Shown here piece after piece: positions 32,653-33,198 of a DNA stretch of 33,198 nucleotides (within the stretch, counting starts at the first letter, position 1; every line of letters begins with the position of its first letter). The notes below the pieces were generated by a model that saw nothing but the letters and a program-made list of their open reading frames with translations, did not search any database and was not told where the DNA came from. Source of the stretch: Deltaproteobacteria bacterium (GTDB taxonomy: Bacteria > Desulfobacterota > GWC2-55-46 > DRQE01). The stretch lies in assembly GCA_030631875.1 (NCBI GenBank), contig DAOVKH010000001.1, forward strand, positions 1-33,198, given 5' to 3'. The position numbers were made by a program, and so were the translations under genes.

Positions 32653-33198
32653 TCGAATAGATCCTTTACCATCTTAAAGAAGTTCTTCCTCTCAGGGAAG
32701 ACATCGTCGCCGCTTATCTCGGCAAATTCGTTCAAGAGTTCGCGCTGACGTTTATTGAGTTTCGTCGGTGTCTCCACCTTTATCACTACGATATGGTCGC
32801 CTCTGCGCCCACCTCTGAGTGAGGCGATACCCTTGCCATGAATCCTCATGACCTTGTCGTTCTGCGTACCCTTTGGTATCTTTAGCTTCGTCGTGCCTTC
32901 TATTATAGGTGCTTCTATCTCACAGCCAAGGGCGGCTTGAGGAAAACTTATCGGAACCATACAGATTATGTCGTCGCCGTCTCTCTTAAATATAGGATGC
33001 TCTTCGACCGTTATGAATACATACAGGTCTCCGGGAGGTCCGCCTCTCACTCCTGAGTCACCTTCGCCGCTTACGCGGAGACGGTTGCCGTTATCGACGC
33101 CGGGCGGTATGGTTATCGTAAGCGAGTTTGTTCTCTCAGTTGATCCGCGCCCTCTACAGTCGGTGCAAGGGGAGGCTATAATCGTACCTGCGCCGTGG
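32649..33198 (-). CDS. dnaJ: Chaperone DnaJ, C-terminal part (the 5' end lies beyond the window)
   Basis: The frame is open to the window edge. It reads ...CTDCRGRGSTERTNSLTITIPPGVDNGNRLRVSGEGDSGVRGGPPGDLYVFITVEEHPIFKRDGDDI..., which includes the last CxxCxGxG zinc repeat and the CTD I/II region of DnaJ. Confidence 0.92.
   Translation of the reverse strand, partial: HGAGTIIASPCTDCRGRGSTERTNSLTITIPPGVDNGNRLRVSGEGDSGVRGGPPGDLYVFITVEEHPIFKRDGDDIICMVPISFPQAALGCEIEAPIIEGTTKLKIPKGTQNDKVMRIHGKGIASLRGGRRGDHIVVIKVETPTKLNKRQRELLNEFAEISGDDVFPERKNFFKMVKDLFE

Noticed and set aside
1-33198. CRISPR arrays, IS elements or transposases, toxin-antitoxin pairs, and known defence-system genes.
   Set aside because: No regularly spaced repeats, transposase-like ORFs or characteristic defence domains were recognisable anywhere in the window.

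Overview
The window is a chromosomal segment from a diderm bacterium, judged from murJ, lpxC and the lipoproteins. It splits into three blocks.

(1) 1-9377 is housekeeping and signalling. It holds rpsT, murJ, mazG, a small lipoprotein, selA, a large Cache-HAMP-PAS-PAS-GGDEF-EAL sensor, and a secreted DUF3108-like protein.

(2) About 9480-25505 is a compact block of 27 ORFs, all on the + strand, of about 16 kb. It encodes only phage particle and lysis functions:
- a sigma-region-4-like HTH protein
- TerS, TerL, portal, scaffold and major capsid protein
- a LamG-domain protein
- connector proteins and a tail tube protein
- G/GT tail chaperones with an intact A_AAA_AAC -1 frameshift site
- a short tape measure, distal tail and hub proteins, and a small fibre-like protein
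- an amidase endolysin and a DUF3154-like holin

The block has a near-consensus promoter and operator-like palindrome at its left end. An internal terminator separates a small regulatory module from the structural genes, and a terminator closes its right end. I found no integrase, excisionase, repressor, replication genes, att repeats or adjacent tRNA. That architecture fits a gene-transfer-agent-like or domesticated phage-particle locus, or alternatively a stripped defective prophage. This is the main lead. One tail hub gene is split by a single in-frame TAG.

(3) 25562-33198 is housekeeping again. It holds lpxC, a CspA-family gene, a cupin, tRNA-Ala(CGC), a CheY-like regulator with a GAF histidine kinase, galT, dksA, a TPR/periplasmic-binding-fold protein, and the 3' part of dnaJ.

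All protein calls rest on motif recognition by eye; no database search was possible.
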